Shown here: in pieces, positions 61,557 to 64,000 of the stretch | How the letters are laid out: every line of letters starts with the position of its first letter | Position numbering within the stretch: the stretch's first letter is position 1 | NCBI GenBank assembly: GCA_963920595.1 | Contig: OY986949.1 | Location: 1,240,001-1,304,000, forward strand | Source: Eimeria praecox | Taxonomy: Eukaryota | Length of the DNA stretch: 64,000 nt | Direction: 5' to 3' | Translations under genes and position numbers: made by a program | Notes under the pieces: generated by a model | Databases searched by the model: none | What the model was told of the DNA's origin: nothing | The model's input: the letters and a program-made list of their open reading frames with translations, nothing else

Positions 61557-62049
61557 CTTTGCGAGCCTGTCTTACGAAGGAGTTAGAGGCTATGAAGATA
61601 CTCCCTGCTGCTCGTTTGATGAGGAGTCGGCAGCAGCAGCAGCTGCTGCCGTGTGCTTGCTGCTGCCTGCAGCAGCAACACGAGCTGCAGCAGCAGCAGC
61701 AGCAGCTGCTGCAGCAGCAGCTGCTGCAGCAGCAGCAGCAGCAGCAGCAGATGTCAGCTTCGCTGCTAGAAGGAGCAGAATGGTTTTTGTATACTTCTGT
61801 GTCTCCTCTGTATTACCGAGAAGCAACAACAACAGCAGCAGGAGCAGCAGCAGCAGGAGCAGCAGGAGCAGCAGCAGCAGCAGGTAGCAGCATGAGCAGC
61901 AGCAGCACACTTGTGGGGCGAGCTGAGATGCTGCAGCGGTTGCTTCATCCTCTGCTGCAGCATGTTCTATCTTTAACGGAGACAGCAGATATCGAGAGAC
62001 CCTGCTGTCTCTGTAATACAGACAGGGGCGTATCTTTAGATACCTCCAA

Positions 62050-62108
<59 letters not shown>

Positions 62109-62111
62109 GCA

Positions 62112-62142
<31 letters not shown>

Positions 62143-62213
62143 TGGCAGCAACTCTCATCGAGGAGACGCGAGCGGCTCCTTGGGGCCTCGTCGCAGCAGC
62201 AGCAGCAGCAACA

Positions 62214-62273
<60 letters not shown>

Positions 62274-62560
62274 AGAGCAGCAGCAGGAGCAGCAGCAGCA
62301 GCATCACGAGCAGCATCAGCAGAAGAAGCTTTACATTAAGAGCATCAACTTGGTGGCGGGAGGAGACAGCGGCTTCTGTTTTATATTTGTGTCTTCGTGT
62401 CTGCTTCCTGCTGCAGTGTTGCAGGAGATACTTCCCTGCTGCAGCAAAACACATCTGCTGCTGCATGCATCCTGCTCTGCTGCAGCATCAGCAGCAAACA
62501 GCAGCAAGAAGGAGACAGCGACGAGTTGATTGGCTCTTCTTCGGGCGTCGCAACGAAGAC

Positions 62561-62592
<32 letters not shown>

Positions 62593-62635
62593 AGCTGCAG
62601 CAGCAGCAGCAGCAGCAGGAGAAGGTACAGCAGCA

Positions 62636-62678
<43 letters not shown>

Positions 62679-62944
62679 GAAGATGCCCGAGGCAGCCCCG
62701 AAGAGACGTAACCAATACTGTAGCAGCAATAGGCCCCACAGGCATATTAGAGACAGTGAAGGGATTTTTTATACAAGATAATAAACAACAAGAGACAGAA
62801 GAAGAAGAAGAAGGAGAAGGAGAAGGAGAAGAGGAGACACAATCTAAATATAAATATAAATATAACTATAATTTATATCAACACAATAAATATAATGAAG
62901 AAGAAACATCCAATATAGAAGAAACAGATCCTAGCGAAACGGTA

Positions 62945-63028
<84 letters not shown>

Positions 63029-63256
63029 GCTGACTGTCTCCTTTATTTATCTGTCTCCTTATTTATCTATCTCTTTATTTATCTGTCTCTGTATTTATCT
63101 GTCTCTCCTTTTCTGTGTCTGTCTCCTTTTTATTCTGTCTCCTTATCTATATCTTTGTATTTTATCTTCTTTTATATTTCTTATTATATATATTTGCTAT
63201 TATATATATTTATTATTTGTGTCTGTTATTAGATATATTTATTATTTATTTGTGTT

Positions 63257-63316
<60 letters not shown>

Positions 63317-63377
63317 CCTCTGTCTTTGTGTTTATAATATATGTATATATTATCTTTTGTCTGTGTGTGTATAATGT

Positions 63378-63454
<77 letters not shown>

Positions 63455-63470
63455 CTTCTGTCTGTGTGTG

Positions 63471-63538
<68 letters not shown>

Positions 63539-63845
63539 TTTTTCTGTAGGAGTCTGAGCTACGGGAGACAGCAGACATTCGTCGATGGCATTATCTCTGT
63601 TTCTTTATCGAACACCAACCCACTGTCTCTCTCCCTAATGATATAGCTCTTATTATACAGCAGCAGCAGCAGCAGCAGCAGCAGCGGCAGCAGCGTCAAC
63701 AGCAGCAGCAGCAACAGCAGCAGCAGGAACGACAGCAGAAGCAGCAGCAGCAGCAGCAGCAGCGGCAGCAGCAGCAGCAAGAACGGCAGCAGCGGCTTCT
63801 TTCTGCATTTGCTCCTAGCAAGCAGCAAACAGCAGCAGCAGCAGG

Positions 63846-63880
<35 letters not shown>

Positions 63881-64000
63881 ACGCACCAGTTCTTGCTGTG
63901 TCTCTATATCATCAAGACACAGATAGAGATATTCTGCTGCAGCTGCAGCAAGTGCTGCGTTGCTTCAGCAGCAGCAGCAGCAGCAGCAGAAGCAGCAGCT
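43721..64000 (+). CDS. Very large HEAT-repeat protein, Maestro heat-like repeat (MROH1/HEATR7A)-like; 3'-partial, multi-exon
   Basis: Helical blocks between A/Q/S tracts follow the MROH1 N-terminal order as I recall it: FVLLGSLD...[24 protein letters not shown]...[13 protein letters not shown]...[10 protein letters not shown]...[17 protein letters not shown]...[16 protein letters not shown]. Later blocks include [26 protein letters not shown] and [21 protein letters not shown]. Long same-strand ORFs are chained by GT-AG sites, and the last exon seen (from 63550) runs off the window. Confidence 0.65.

Overview
This is eukaryotic, intron-rich genomic DNA from a coccidian apicomplexan, most likely Eimeria (species not determinable). 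The assignment rests on pervasive (CAG)n tracts encoding poly-A/Q/S, interstitial AAACCCT telomere-like arrays, TGCATGCA octamers and (TA)n/(AAAAT)n introns. Most ORFs in the track are artefacts of CAG tracts. Manual splicing supports five protein genes. (1) An atypical Rab8/10-like GTPase (-, ~1220-4909) with a Q-to-H change at the switch-II glutamine and a long Gly/Pro insert. (2) A ~20-kb, 16-exon Dicer (+, 6095-25779, ~3,950 aa) with a degenerate helicase, DUF283, platform, a cryptic PAZ-like region split over small exons, two apparently catalytically intact RNase III domains and no C-terminal dsRBD. (3) A signal-peptide hypothetical protein (-, 28123-29784). (4) An alpha-arrestin-domain protein (-, 35457-42711). 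(5) An MROH1-like HEAT-repeat protein (+, 43721 to beyond 64000). Hairpin-forming tandem arrays, telomere-repeat-embedded exon duplications and a repeat-poor island with decayed coding remnants are also present. All homology calls come from recognising motifs by eye against remembered family sequences; no searches were run.
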